A stretch of 41,753 nt of DNA from a virus. The stretch is from the UHGV virus genome UHGV-0240563; one strand, given 5' to 3'. Positions within the stretch are counted from its first letter, which is position 1; each line of letters begins with the position of its first letter. The notes under the pieces were generated by a model. It had not been told where the DNA came from. It did no database searches and saw only the letters and a program-made list of their open reading frames with translations. The position numbers and the translations under genes were made by a program. Below, piece after piece: positions 17,283-26,213 of the stretch.

Positions 17283-18554
17283 ATGTCAATGAAGATCAAT
17301 AAGTTGGAGATCGAGAATGTAAAACGTGTGAAGGCGGTGAAGATCGAGCCGACCGCCAACGGCCTTACGATCATCGGAGGGAAGAACAACCAGGGGAAGA
17401 CCTCTGTCCTAGATGCGATCGCCTGGGCCCTGGGAGGGGACCGGTACCGTCCGTCCCAGACACAGAGGGAAGGCTCCGTAATCCCGCCCAACTTACATAT
17501 TGTTATGAATAACGGCCTGATCGTGGAACGCCGGGGAAAGAACAGCGACCTGAAGGTGACGGATCCGAACGGGAAGAAAGCCGGCCAGCAGCTCCTGAAT
17601 GAGTTTGTGGAACAGCTGGCCCTGGACCTTCCTAAGTTCATGGAAGCGACCAGCCGGGAAAAGGCCCAGACCCTTTTGCAGATCATCGGTGTGGGCCCAA
17701 GGCTGGCAGACCTTGAACGGCAGGAAAAGGAGCTGTATAACGAACGGACCTATATAGGGCGCACGGCAGACCAGAAAGAGAAGTACGCAAAGGAGCAGCC
17801 CTATTATCCGGAAGTCCCGTCCGTCCCTGTATCCGCTTCCGAACTGATCCGCCAGCAGCAGGAGATCCTGGCACAGAACGGGGAGAACCAGAGGAAGAGG
17901 GAGCGGCGCCACCAGCTGGAGCAGGAATACCAGTCCGTCACGGAACAGATCCAGGCGCTCCTTGCAAAGCAGGGGCAGCTGGAGGCAGACCTTAAGATTG
18001 CAAGGGAGACCTCAGAAGGGCTTACGGATCGGTCTACCGCAGAGCTGGAGGAGAATATCTCCAATATCGAGGAGATCAACCGTAAGGTGCGTGCAAACCT
18101 GGACAAGGATAAGGCGGAAGAGGATGCCAAAGGATACCGGGAGCAGTATAAACGGCTGACTGCCCAGATCGAGGAGATCCGGAGCCAGAAGACAGACCTG
18201 TTAAAAGAGGCGGACCTGCCCCTTCCAGGCCTGGGCGTGGAAGACGGGGAACTGGTCTACCACGGACAGAAATGGGACAATATGTCCGGCTCCGAACAGC
18301 TGAAGGTATCCACTGCCATTGTGCGCAGGCTGAACCCGGAATGTGGGTTTGTGCTGCTGGATAAGCTGGAGCAGATGGATCTGGATACCCTGCATGAGTT
18401 CGGGCAGTGGCTGGAGCAGGAAGGGCTGCAGGCCATTGCAACCCGCGTATCGACGGGAGGGGAGTGCAGCTTGATCATTGAGGACGGATATGTAGCCGGA
18501 CAGGAACATCCGGCAGCAGAAGAAAAGAAGGAATGGAAGGCAGGTGTATTTTAA
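17283..18554 (+). CDS. SbcC/RecF-like AAA ATPase (AAA_23-type) of the phage recombination/replication module
   Basis: 'LTIIGGKNNQGKTSVLDAIAWALGG' Walker A, a long central coiled coil, and a C-terminal 'VLLDKLEQMDLD' Walker B/D-loop. Confidence 0.7.
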   Translation: MSMKINKLEIENVKRVKAVKIEPTANGLTIIGGKNNQGKTSVLDAIAWALGGDRYRPSQTQREGSVIPPNLHIVMNNGLIVERRGKNSDLKVTDPNGKKAGQQLLNEFVEQLALDLPKFMEATSREKAQTLLQIIGVGPRLADLERQEKELYNERTYIGRTADQKEKYAKEQPYYPEVPSVPVSASELIRQQQEILAQNGENQRKRERRHQLEQEYQSVTEQIQALLAKQGQLEADLKIARETSEGLTDRSTAELEENISNIEEINRKVRANLDKDKAEEDAKGYREQYKRLTAQIEEIRSQKTDLLKEADLPLPGLGVEDGELVYHGQKWDNMSGSEQLKVSTAIVRRLNPECGFVLLDKLEQMDLDTLHEFGQWLEQEGLQAIATRVSTGGECSLIIEDGYVAGQEHPAAEEKKEWKAGVF

Positions 18555-19682
18555 ATGGAGATCATCAGAGGAAAACTGCCGGGGGCAAAAAAGGTAGTGG
18601 TTTACGGGCCGGAGGGCATCGGGAAGAGTACCTTTGCTTCCCGGTTCCCGGATCCGCTGTTTATTGATACAGAGGGAAGCACCAAGGACATGGATGTAGC
18701 CCGGACGGAAGCACCTAGCAGCTGGATGATGCTGATGGAGCAGGTGATGTATGTAAGGAAGCACCCGGAGCTCTGCCGCACATTGGTCATTGACACGGCG
18801 GACTGGGCGGAGATGCTCTGCGTTACCCAGCTGTGTGACAAGAACCAGAAGAACAGCATTGAGGAGTTTGGTTACGGAAAGGGGTATGTATATCTCCAGG
18901 AAGAGTTCGGGCGGTTCCTGAACCTGTTGGAAGAGGTGGTAAAGGCAGGCGTCCATGTGGTTTTGAACGCCCATGCTAAAATGCGCAAATTCGAGCAGCC
19001 GGATGAGCTGGGCTCTTATGACCGCTGGGAGATGAAGCTGAGCAAAAACGTAGCCCCCATGGTGAAGGAATGGGCGGATATGGTTCTGTTTGCCAACTAT
19101 AAAACCTTTGTGGTGAACGTGGACGGCCAGGGAGCCCAAAAAGGGAAGAACAAGGCCCAGGGCGGAAAACGGGTTATGTATACGGCCCACCACTGCTGCT
19201 GGGATGCAAAGAACCGGTACGGGCTGCCGGAAGAACTGCCCTTTGAGTATGCAGGGATCCGGCATATCATAGAACCCTCCGGGGCACCGGAAAAGGTAGA
19301 AACACCTCCTGTTAAAGAGGCAGCTCCGCCAATCCTGCCAGTACAGGCACCGCCTAAAACAGCAGACCCTCCGGTCAGTAACAAGAGCCATGAGGAGCCT
19401 GAAAAGGAAGAGAAAGCAGCGCCACCAGTTAGGAATGAGGGCGTGAATCTGGACCCGAGGATACCCAAGAAGCTGAGGGATCTGATGGCAGCAAATGACG
19501 TGTGTGAGTGGGATATGGAAAACGTAGTATTTGCAAAGGGTTATGTCACCGAAGGGACGCCCATCTGGGAATTTGAAACCCAGAACCCGGGAATCATTGA
19601 TGGGCTTTTAGTTGCATCCTGGGATCAGGTATATGCAGCGATTAAGGAAATGAAGGAAAAAGACGCATTGGTATTTAATTAA
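18555..19682 (+). CDS. AAA_24 (Sak4-like) recombination ATPase with a Pro-rich linker and an extra C-terminal domain
   Basis: 'VVVYGPEGIGKSTFA…LFIDTEGS' is the AAA_24 signature. Residues from about 240 onward form a PEKVETPPVKEAAPP… linker plus a roughly 75-aa C-terminal domain. Confidence 0.7.
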   Translation: MEIIRGKLPGAKKVVVYGPEGIGKSTFASRFPDPLFIDTEGSTKDMDVARTEAPSSWMMLMEQVMYVRKHPELCRTLVIDTADWAEMLCVTQLCDKNQKNSIEEFGYGKGYVYLQEEFGRFLNLLEEVVKAGVHVVLNAHAKMRKFEQPDELGSYDRWEMKLSKNVAPMVKEWADMVLFANYKTFVVNVDGQGAQKGKNKAQGGKRVMYTAHHCCWDAKNRYGLPEELPFEYAGIRHIIEPSGAPEKVETPPVKEAAPPILPVQAPPKTADPPVSNKSHEEPEKEEKAAPPVRNEGVNLDPRIPKKLRDLMAANDVCEWDMENVVFAKGYVTEGTPIWEFETQNPGIIDGLLVASWDQVYAAIKEMKEKDALVFN

Positions 19683-19696
19683 ACAGGAGGATCAAG

Positions 19697-20149
19697 ATGA
19701 TGGCAGATTTAGGACAGGAAATTGGATGGGATGACGAGATTGAAAACGAGGGTGCCGATTTTGAGCCGTTACCGGAAGGCACCTATGAATTTGAGGTACG
19801 CACGATGCAGAGAGGGAGATTCCCTGGAAGCGACAAGATGTGCGCCTGCAATACTGCGGAACTGACATTAGTGATTGTAGATAATGATGGCAAGGAGCAC
19901 CAGATTTTTGAGAGCTTAAAGCTCAACAGCAAGATGGAGTGGCTGTTAAGCCAGTTCTTCTTATGCATCGGCCAGAAAAAGAAGGGGGAAGCGCTGCGTC
20001 CAAACTGGAACGCCGTCCCTGGATCCCGTGGAATGGCAGAGATCACGGTCAATGAATATAAGGATAAAAACGGAAACCTAAAGAAGAATAACCGGGTAAG
20101 CAAGTATCTTGCCCCGGAACCGAAGCAGTTTAAGGCAGGTGTATTCTGA
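19697..20149 (+). CDS. DUF669-family phage protein (putative ssDNA-binding partner of AAA_24)
   Basis: 'FEPLPEGTYEFEV' motif typical of DUF669. Confidence 0.55.
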   Translation: MMADLGQEIGWDDEIENEGADFEPLPEGTYEFEVRTMQRGRFPGSDKMCACNTAELTLVIVDNDGKEHQIFESLKLNSKMEWLLSQFFLCIGQKKKGEALRPNWNAVPGSRGMAEITVNEYKDKNGNLKKNNRVSKYLAPEPKQFKAGVF

Positions 20150-21738
20150 TGGAATTAAGACCTTACCAGGAAGAAGCAAGGGAATCCATTTTTGAGGAGT
20201 GGGATAAGGGCGTCCAAAAGACGCTCCTGGTCCTCCCTACTGGCTGCGGAAAGACTGTGGTGTTTGCGAAAGTGGCGGAGGACTGTGTGCGCCGCGGGGA
20301 TCGGGTGCTGATCCTGGCCCACCGGGGGGAGCTGTTGGAACAGGCAGCGGATAAGATCGGGAAAGCGACCGGTTTGGGATGTGCCACAGAAAAAGCGGAG
20401 CAGTCCTGTCTGGGGAGCTGGTTCCGGATCACCGTCGGGTCTGTCCAGACCCTTATGAGGGAGAAACGGCTGGGACAGTTCCCGGCCGGTTATTTTAACA
20501 CGATCATCATTGACGAGGCCCACCACTGCATTTCAGACAGCTACCAGAAGATCCTGCAGCATTTTGATTCGGCCCATGTGCTGGGCGTGACAGCCACACC
20601 GGACCGCGGGGACATGCAGAACCTTGGACAGGTATTTGACAGCCTGGCTTACGAATATACCCTGCCAAAGGCAATCCGGGAAGGATATTTATCCCCGATT
20701 AAGGCCCTGACAATCCCGCTGCAGCTGGATTTGTCCGGCGTATCCATGCAGTCCGGGGACTTTAAGGCAGGCGATATTGCAACCGCCTTGGACCCGTACC
20801 TGTACCAGATCGCGGATGAGATGGAGAAATACTGTAAAGACCGTAAAACAGTGGTGTTCCTCCCGCTTGTAAAGACCAGCCAGAAGTTTAAGGAGGTCCT
20901 GAACGAAAAGGGCTTCCGTGCAGCGGAGGTAAACGGGGAAAGTAAGGACCGGGCGGAAGTGCTGGAAGCCTTTGACCGGGGGGACTATAACGTCTTGTGC
21001 AACTCCATGCTACTGACGGAAGGATGGGACTGCCCCTCTGTTGACTGTGTGATCGTACTGCGCCCTACGAAGGTACGGAGCCTGTACAGCCAGATGGTAG
21101 GACGCGGGACCCGACTCTGCGAAGGGAAGGACCATCTCCTTCTGCTGGATTTCCTGTGGCATACGGAGCGCCATGAGCTGTGCCACCCGGCAGACTTGAT
21201 CTGCGAGAAGAAGGAAGTGGCCCGGAAGATGACCGAAAACCTGGAGGAATCCGCCGGCTGTCCGGTGGACCTGGAGGAGGCGGAGAAACGGGCTTCCGAG
21301 GATGTGATCGCAGAGCGTGAGGAATCCCTTGCCAAGCAGCTGGCGAAGATGAAGAACCGTAAAAAGAAGCTGGTGGATCCATTGCAGTTTGAAATGAGCA
21401 TCCAGGCGGAAGACCTGGCCGGGTATGTACCTGCCTTCGGGTGGGAGATGGCCCCGCCGTCGGACAGCCAGAAACGGGAGCTGGAAAAACGGGGGATCCT
21501 TCCCGATGAGATCGACAACGCAGGGAAGGCAGGCAAGATCCTGGACCGTCTCCATAAGAGGCAGGAAGAAGGGCTCACAACCCCGAAACAGATCCGGTGC
21601 CTGGAAAAATACGGGTTCCGCCATGTGGGTACCTGGAGCTTTGAAGCAGGCAAGCATATGATCGACCGGATTGCAGCAATGGGATGGAGAGGGGCGCCTC
21701 CGGGTGTGGACCCCGGGACGTATATACCAGAGAAATAA
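20149..21738 (+). CDS. DEAD/DEAH-box (SF2) DNA helicase
   Basis: 'VLPTGCGKT' Walker A, 'IIIDEAHHC' DEAH box, 'VTATPDR', 'LLLTEGWDCP', 'QMVGRGTR' motif VI. Confidence 0.85.
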   Translation: MELRPYQEEARESIFEEWDKGVQKTLLVLPTGCGKTVVFAKVAEDCVRRGDRVLILAHRGELLEQAADKIGKATGLGCATEKAEQSCLGSWFRITVGSVQTLMREKRLGQFPAGYFNTIIIDEAHHCISDSYQKILQHFDSAHVLGVTATPDRGDMQNLGQVFDSLAYEYTLPKAIREGYLSPIKALTIPLQLDLSGVSMQSGDFKAGDIATALDPYLYQIADEMEKYCKDRKTVVFLPLVKTSQKFKEVLNEKGFRAAEVNGESKDRAEVLEAFDRGDYNVLCNSMLLTEGWDCPSVDCVIVLRPTKVRSLYSQMVGRGTRLCEGKDHLLLLDFLWHTERHELCHPADLICEKKEVARKMTENLEESAGCPVDLEEAEKRASEDVIAEREESLAKQLAKMKNRKKKLVDPLQFEMSIQAEDLAGYVPAFGWEMAPPSDSQKRELEKRGILPDEIDNAGKAGKILDRLHKRQEEGLTTPKQIRCLEKYGFRHVGTWSFEAGKHMIDRIAAMGWRGAPPGVDPGTYIPEK

Positions 21739-21751
21739 GGAGCAGTAAGAC

Positions 21752-23983
21752 ATGGAACATAACCAGTATGACCTGTTGGAGGTCTTGGATCATATAGAAC
21801 CGGCAGAACTGGATTACCAGCAGTGGGTGAACGTGGGGATGGCCCTGGAGATCGAGGGGTACGGCGTGGACGTCTGGGATGCCTGGAGCCGCAGGGACCC
21901 CGGCAGGTACCATCCTGGGGAATGCCGGAAGAAATGGGCGGGGTTCCATGGGGCAGGATCCCCGGTGACTGGAGGGACCCTTGTACAGTATGCAAGGGAA
22001 CAGGGATGGACGCCTCCCTGCGACCCGGGCGTGGCCCTTGGATGGGATGATACCATATCAGCCGAAGGCGTGGTGGTGGACAGCAACTGGGTAGAAGACA
22101 AGGACGTACAGGAGCCATTAAGATGGAACCCGGCGGACGAGCTGATCCGTTACCTGGAGGCCCTGTTTGAGGCAGGGGAAAACGTAGGGTATGTGGTAAA
22201 GAGCTGGCAGAAGGATGAGAAATGGCTGCCGGCTGATAAAGGTGCATATGACCGTACGGCAGGGGAGCTGATCGAGGCGCTTTCTGCCTGCGGCGGGGAC
22301 ATAGGGAAAGTCCTGGGGGACTATAACAGCGAGGCGGGCGCATGGATCCGCTTCAACCCCCTGGACGGGAAAGGCGTCCGGAATGAAAACGTGACGGAAT
22401 ACCGCTATGCCCTGGTGGAATCGGACAGCATGGAGATCGGCAAGCAGCACGCCCTGATCCGAGAGCTGGAACTTCCGGTGGCCTGTCTGGTCCATTCCGG
22501 CAGGAAGAGCCTCCATGCCATTGTACGGATCGATGCGGCGGATTACGGGGAGTACCGCAGGCGGGTGGATTACCTGTATGACATCTGCCGCAGGAACGGC
22601 CTGGAGATCGACCAGCAGAACCGTAACCCGTCCCGTCTGTCCCGGATGCCTGGTGTCATGCGCGGGAGCCAGAAACAGTTTTTGGTAGATACCAACATAG
22701 GAAAAGGGAGCTGGGAAGAGTGGAAGGAATGGATCGAAAGCGTCAATGACGACCTGCCGGATCCGGAAGGCCTTGGAGATGTGTGGGAGCAGATGCCGGA
22801 GCTGGCTCCGTGCCTGATCGAAGGGGTGCTCCGCCAGGGCCATAAGATGCTGATCGCAGGCCCTTCCAAAGCCGGTAAATCCTTCCTGCTGATCGAACTG
22901 TGCATTGCCATTGCAGAAGGCCGCAAATGGCTCTCCTGGCAGTGTGCACAGGGGCGCGTACTGTATGTAAACCTGGAGCTGGATCGTGCCAGCTGCCTGC
23001 ACCGTTTCAAGGACGTATACCAGGCCATGGGGTTGCCGCCGGAGCATCTGGAAAACATTGACATATGGAACCTGAGGGGCAAATCAAGGCCCATGGATAA
23101 GCTGGCCCCGATGCTGATCCGGAGGGCGGCAAAGAAGAATTACATTGCAGTTATCATTGACCCGATCTATAAGGTCATCACCGGGGACGAGAACAGTGCG
23201 GACCAGATGGCGAACTTCTGCAACCAGTTTGACAAAGTATGTACCGAACTTAAAGTAGCCACGATTTACTGCCACCACCACAGCAAGGGCAGTCAGGGCG
23301 GGAAGAAGTCCATGGACCGTGCATCCGGTTCCGGCGTGTTCGCCCGTGACCCGGACGCCATGCTTGACATGATCGAGCTGGAGCTGTCTGAGGATGTCTT
23401 AAAGGCGGAAGAAAACAAGGTGGTCTGTGCAGCCTGCAAACAGTATCTGGACGCCCATTTTAAGTGGGAGGATGACCTTTCAGAGGATGATCTGTGCAGC
23501 GCCTACCAGATGATGAATTACTGTGAGAACCTGCTGGACAAGTGGCAGTGGCTGAACCTGCAGCGCATCGTGGAAGAGGCAAAGAAGCGGGCCAGGGGGC
23601 TGACGGCGTGGCGGATCGAGGGGACATTGAGGGAGTTTCCAAAGTTCCCGGCAGTCAATGCCTGGTTCAGCTATCCGGTCCATCAGATGGACACTGTGGG
23701 AGTGCTGGGAGATATCCAGCCAGAGGCAGAGATGCCGCCGTGGAAAAAGGGTGCTGCAAAGAATAAACAGAGTGCTGCGGAGCGGAAAAAGGAGCGGAAA
23801 AAATCACTGGAAGATGCCATTGAAAACGGAAATTTCGGAGAGGATCCGGCGGTAAAAGATGTGGCATCCTACCTGGGGATTGCGGAGCGTTCGGTCCGTG
23901 ACCGGGTGAAGGAGCATGGCGGATATGTGATTGAGGATGGAGTTATCCACAAAAAAGCCGGCACGGGAAAGACTGAAAGCTAA
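21752..23983 (+). CDS. Bifunctional primase-polymerase with AAA_25/RepA-like helicase and C-terminal HTH
   Basis: PriCT_2-like N-terminus (W..VGMAL…W..WS), prim-pol 'LVHSGRKSLHAI', Walker A 'IAGPSKAGKSFL'. Confidence 0.75.
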   Translation: MEHNQYDLLEVLDHIEPAELDYQQWVNVGMALEIEGYGVDVWDAWSRRDPGRYHPGECRKKWAGFHGAGSPVTGGTLVQYAREQGWTPPCDPGVALGWDDTISAEGVVVDSNWVEDKDVQEPLRWNPADELIRYLEALFEAGENVGYVVKSWQKDEKWLPADKGAYDRTAGELIEALSACGGDIGKVLGDYNSEAGAWIRFNPLDGKGVRNENVTEYRYALVESDSMEIGKQHALIRELELPVACLVHSGRKSLHAIVRIDAADYGEYRRRVDYLYDICRRNGLEIDQQNRNPSRLSRMPGVMRGSQKQFLVDTNIGKGSWEEWKEWIESVNDDLPDPEGLGDVWEQMPELAPCLIEGVLRQGHKMLIAGPSKAGKSFLLIELCIAIAEGRKWLSWQCAQGRVLYVNLELDRASCLHRFKDVYQAMGLPPEHLENIDIWNLRGKSRPMDKLAPMLIRRAAKKNYIAVIIDPIYKVITGDENSADQMANFCNQFDKVCTELKVATIYCHHHSKGSQGGKKSMDRASGSGVFARDPDAMLDMIELELSEDVLKAEENKVVCAACKQYLDAHFKWEDDLSEDDLCSAYQMMNYCENLLDKWQWLNLQRIVEEAKKRARGLTAWRIEGTLREFPKFPAVNAWFSYPVHQMDTVGVLGDIQPEAEMPPWKKGAAKNKQSAAERKKERKKSLEDAIENGNFGEDPAVKDVASYLGIAERSVRDRVKEHGGYVIEDGVIHKKAGTGKTES

Positions 23984-24250
23984 GACTTCCCCATCAAGCG
24001 AGACTTTACGGGAAAGACTGAAAAACAGTCCTCCCCGTTGAGAATGTGCAGTGCGGGAAAGGCTTGTTTTTATGTCTTTCCCGTGTGGCGGGGAAGACTC
24101 ATATATAAATATATATTTTTCCCCCGCTTACGCGTGGTCACGGGGGTAGGAATGGACGGGCTGAAAGCAGAGCCCGCCCGTTCCCTTCCCCTTCCCCGAT
24201 GACAAGGCCGGTGGAAGAATAAAACGACAATTTCAAACTTTAAAGGAGCA
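23960..24250. other. Candidate replication origin: iterons, inverted repeat, AT-rich element and GC hairpins
   Basis: ACGGGAAAGACTGAAA at 23963-23978 and 24008-24023. CGGGAAAG-type copies at 24053 and, inverted, at 24074-24098 (GTCTTTCCCGtgtggCGGGGAAGAC). ATATATAAATATATATTTTT at 24101-24120. CCCCCG…CGGGGG and GGGCTgaaagcagAGCCC hairpins. Confidence 0.4.
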
Positions 24251-24256
24251 AAGTGA

Positions 24257-24778
24257 ATGGAGATAAAAAAATACTGCTGCACCTGTAAGTGGTATTCCCA
24301 GTTTGAAGGGGTGTGCTGCAATGGGGAAAGCGAACACAGGGCAGACTTCCGGTTCATGGATGATACCTGTGAACAATGGGAAACCAACACGATAGAATTT
24401 TTTATGGCAATGATCCCCCCAACCGTCACGCATCAGGAAAAGCAGGTGCATGTGGTAAAGGGAAGGCCGGTATTTTATGAGCCGCCGGAATTAAAAGCGG
24501 CACGGCAGAAGCTGATGGGGCATCTGGCAAAGCACCGGCCGGCGCAGCCGTACCAGGAAGGGATCCGTCTGGTGGTAAGATGGTGCTTTCCAAGAGGGAA
24601 GCAGGCAGACGGTACATACCGCACCACGAAGCCGGATACAGACAACCTGCAGAAGCTTTTAAAGGACTGCATGACAGCCTGCGGATACTGGAAGGATGAT
24701 GCCCTGGTAGCGTCGGAACTTGCGGAAAAGTTCTGGGCGGAGGTACCTGGGATCTATGTGAGGATCGAAAGCCTATGA
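24257..24778 (+). CDS. rusA: RusA-family Holliday-junction resolvase with an N-terminal Cys-rich extension
   Basis: 'KPDTDNLQKLLKDCMT…KDDALV' RusA catalytic motif. The first 48 aa are 'CCTCKWY…CCNGESEH…C'. Confidence 0.7.
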   Translation: MEIKKYCCTCKWYSQFEGVCCNGESEHRADFRFMDDTCEQWETNTIEFFMAMIPPTVTHQEKQVHVVKGRPVFYEPPELKAARQKLMGHLAKHRPAQPYQEGIRLVVRWCFPRGKQADGTYRTTKPDTDNLQKLLKDCMTACGYWKDDALVASELAEKFWAEVPGIYVRIESL

Positions 24779-25023
24779 CATACGATGATGTGGAGATTCT
24801 GACCGATCAGGAAGTGAAAGGGATCTACAACGATGTGTATAACAGTTTTTGGCTGAGGTATTACCATCGGGTACCGATTCCCCAGTCAGAGGAATGGGAG
24901 CAGATCGTGGAACAAGAGAAAGGGCTGCGGAAAAAGTACAGGAACTGTCCACTGGTTGTACACCAGATCCAGAACTTGATGGACCAGCTGGAAGCCAGAA
25001 GTAGGAAGGGAGCAGGAAAATGA
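24775..25023 (+). CDS. Hypothetical protein (82 aa)
   Basis: ATGA overlap with rusA. Confidence 0.35.
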   Translation: MTYDDVEILTDQEVKGIYNDVYNSFWLRYYHRVPIPQSEEWEQIVEQEKGLRKKYRNCPLVVHQIQNLMDQLEARSRKGAGK

Positions 25024-25172
25024 AACAGCCAAAGAGTGAACCGGTCTATGTATGTAGCGTATGCGGGAAGGATATAGCCGGGGATCATGTGTATATCAAA
25101 ACAAGGAGAGGAACAGAGCAGCATATCCATTATGGGTGTATGCCGGGAAGAAGGAGGGATAGCCATGAATAG
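25020..25172 (+). CDS. 50-aa zinc-ribbon-like peptide (CSVCGK…HYGC)
   Basis: ATGA overlap with the upstream gene. Not in the ORF track. Confidence 0.3.
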   Translation: MKQPKSEPVYVCSVCGKDIAGDHVYIKTRRGTEQHIHYGCMPGRRRDSHE

Positions 25173-25596
25173 ATTAACACAGAAAGATGGGCAGGGAAAT
25201 TGGAGCCTTAGGGGAGTGCCGTGGGAGCATCTGTATGAAGGGAAGATCATCACAAAGGAGTTATGGAAACGCCTGTATGGAGCACTCTGGAAGCTGATGG
25301 AGTATGAGGATACCGGTCTGACACCGGAAGAAGCAGAGGCGTTGGATAGCTTTGAAAGAAGCCAGGTAGGAAAAATGCTGAAAGAACTGAATGAGGAGCA
25401 GCGCAAGCACCGCTGGATCCCAGTGGAGGAGAGGCTGCCGGAAGAATCTCTTAATAGTGTAATCGGCTGGGACAAATATAGAGAAAGATGCTGTTTTGTG
25501 CAGTATTATGCTGGCTCCTGGCATCTGGGTGATGAGTCGGTGAGGATTATTGCCTGGATGCCGCTGCCGGAGCCGTATCAGGGCAAGGAAGGATAA
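25165..25596 (+). CDS. DUF551-like phage protein
   Basis: AGGAGGG RBS. C-terminal 'WHLGDESVRIIAWMPLPEPY' resembles DUF551. Confidence 0.45.
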   Translation: MNRLTQKDGQGNWSLRGVPWEHLYEGKIITKELWKRLYGALWKLMEYEDTGLTPEEAEALDSFERSQVGKMLKELNEEQRKHRWIPVEERLPEESLNSVIGWDKYRERCCFVQYYAGSWHLGDESVRIIAWMPLPEPYQGKEG

Positions 25597-25691
25597 GTTG
25601 TAGTAAACAGTTGTGGTATTAAACAAGTAGTTGTTGTATCGAGTTAAAACGAATTAAAGTCGAGTTAAATTAAGGTTTTGGAGATAGAAGT

Positions 25692-25769
25692 ATGAAGCCA
25701 GAAGATTTAGAACTTTTTTTGATTATGTTGGGAATGCTCTTTTTGGCAATTATGATTATGCCTATGTAA
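25692..25769 (+). CDS. 25-aa hydrophobic micro-peptide (MKPEDLELFLIMLGMLFLAIMIMPM)
   Basis: GGAGA RBS. Sits in an AT-rich island. Speculative. Confidence 0.2.
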   Translation: MKPEDLELFLIMLGMLFLAIMIMPM

Positions 25770-25791
25770 AATTAAGATTTAGAGGAGAACT

Positions 25792-26193
25792 ATGGAAGTT
25801 AAAGAATTAAAAGTGGATTTAAAAGAAGGTCATGCAGTTGCATTTGATTTTGATGGTGTAATTCATAGATATTCAAAGGGATGGCAGGATGGAAGTATTT
25901 ATGATGAGCCTAACTATAGAGTTTTAGATTTAATACTTTTATTACAGTTACAAGGTATACCGTGCGTTATTATCTCTACCAGAGATCCAGAGCAAATTAA
26001 GGGCTGGTGGGATCAGCAAGGCTTTACGCTTAAAGCAAAGGTGCTGGGGTTTAATACATTTTTTTACAATGACTGTTCCTGTGTCGGTATAACAAATCGT
26101 AAGATCCCGGCCCAGGTGTATGTTGATGATAGGGCATACAAATACAAAGGGCAAACACCTCAGCAATTTTTTATGGATTTTGCGTTAAACTGA
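25792..26193 (+). CDS. HAD-superfamily phosphatase-like protein (nucleotidase-like)
   Basis: 'AVAFDFDGVIHRY' is HAD motif I (DxDG). AGGAGAA RBS. Strongly AT-rich relative to its neighbours. Confidence 0.55.
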   Translation: MEVKELKVDLKEGHAVAFDFDGVIHRYSKGWQDGSIYDEPNYRVLDLILLLQLQGIPCVIISTRDPEQIKGWWDQQGFTLKAKVLGFNTFFYNDCSCVGITNRKIPAQVYVDDRAYKYKGQTPQQFFMDFALN

Positions 26194-26213
26194 CATTTAG
26201 GAAAGGAAGCACA

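Noticed and set aside
18201-19391. Long minus-strand ORFs (396 aa here; also 452 aa at 20985-22343, 309 aa at 22118-23047, 247 aa at 21010-21753, 262 aa at 28112-28900, 204 aa at 6886-7500, 196 aa at 464-1054)
   Set aside because: All lie antisense to well-supported plus-strand genes with clear motifs. They are Pro/Arg/Ser/Cys-rich with no RBS or domain signal. They look like GC-rich antisense artefacts.
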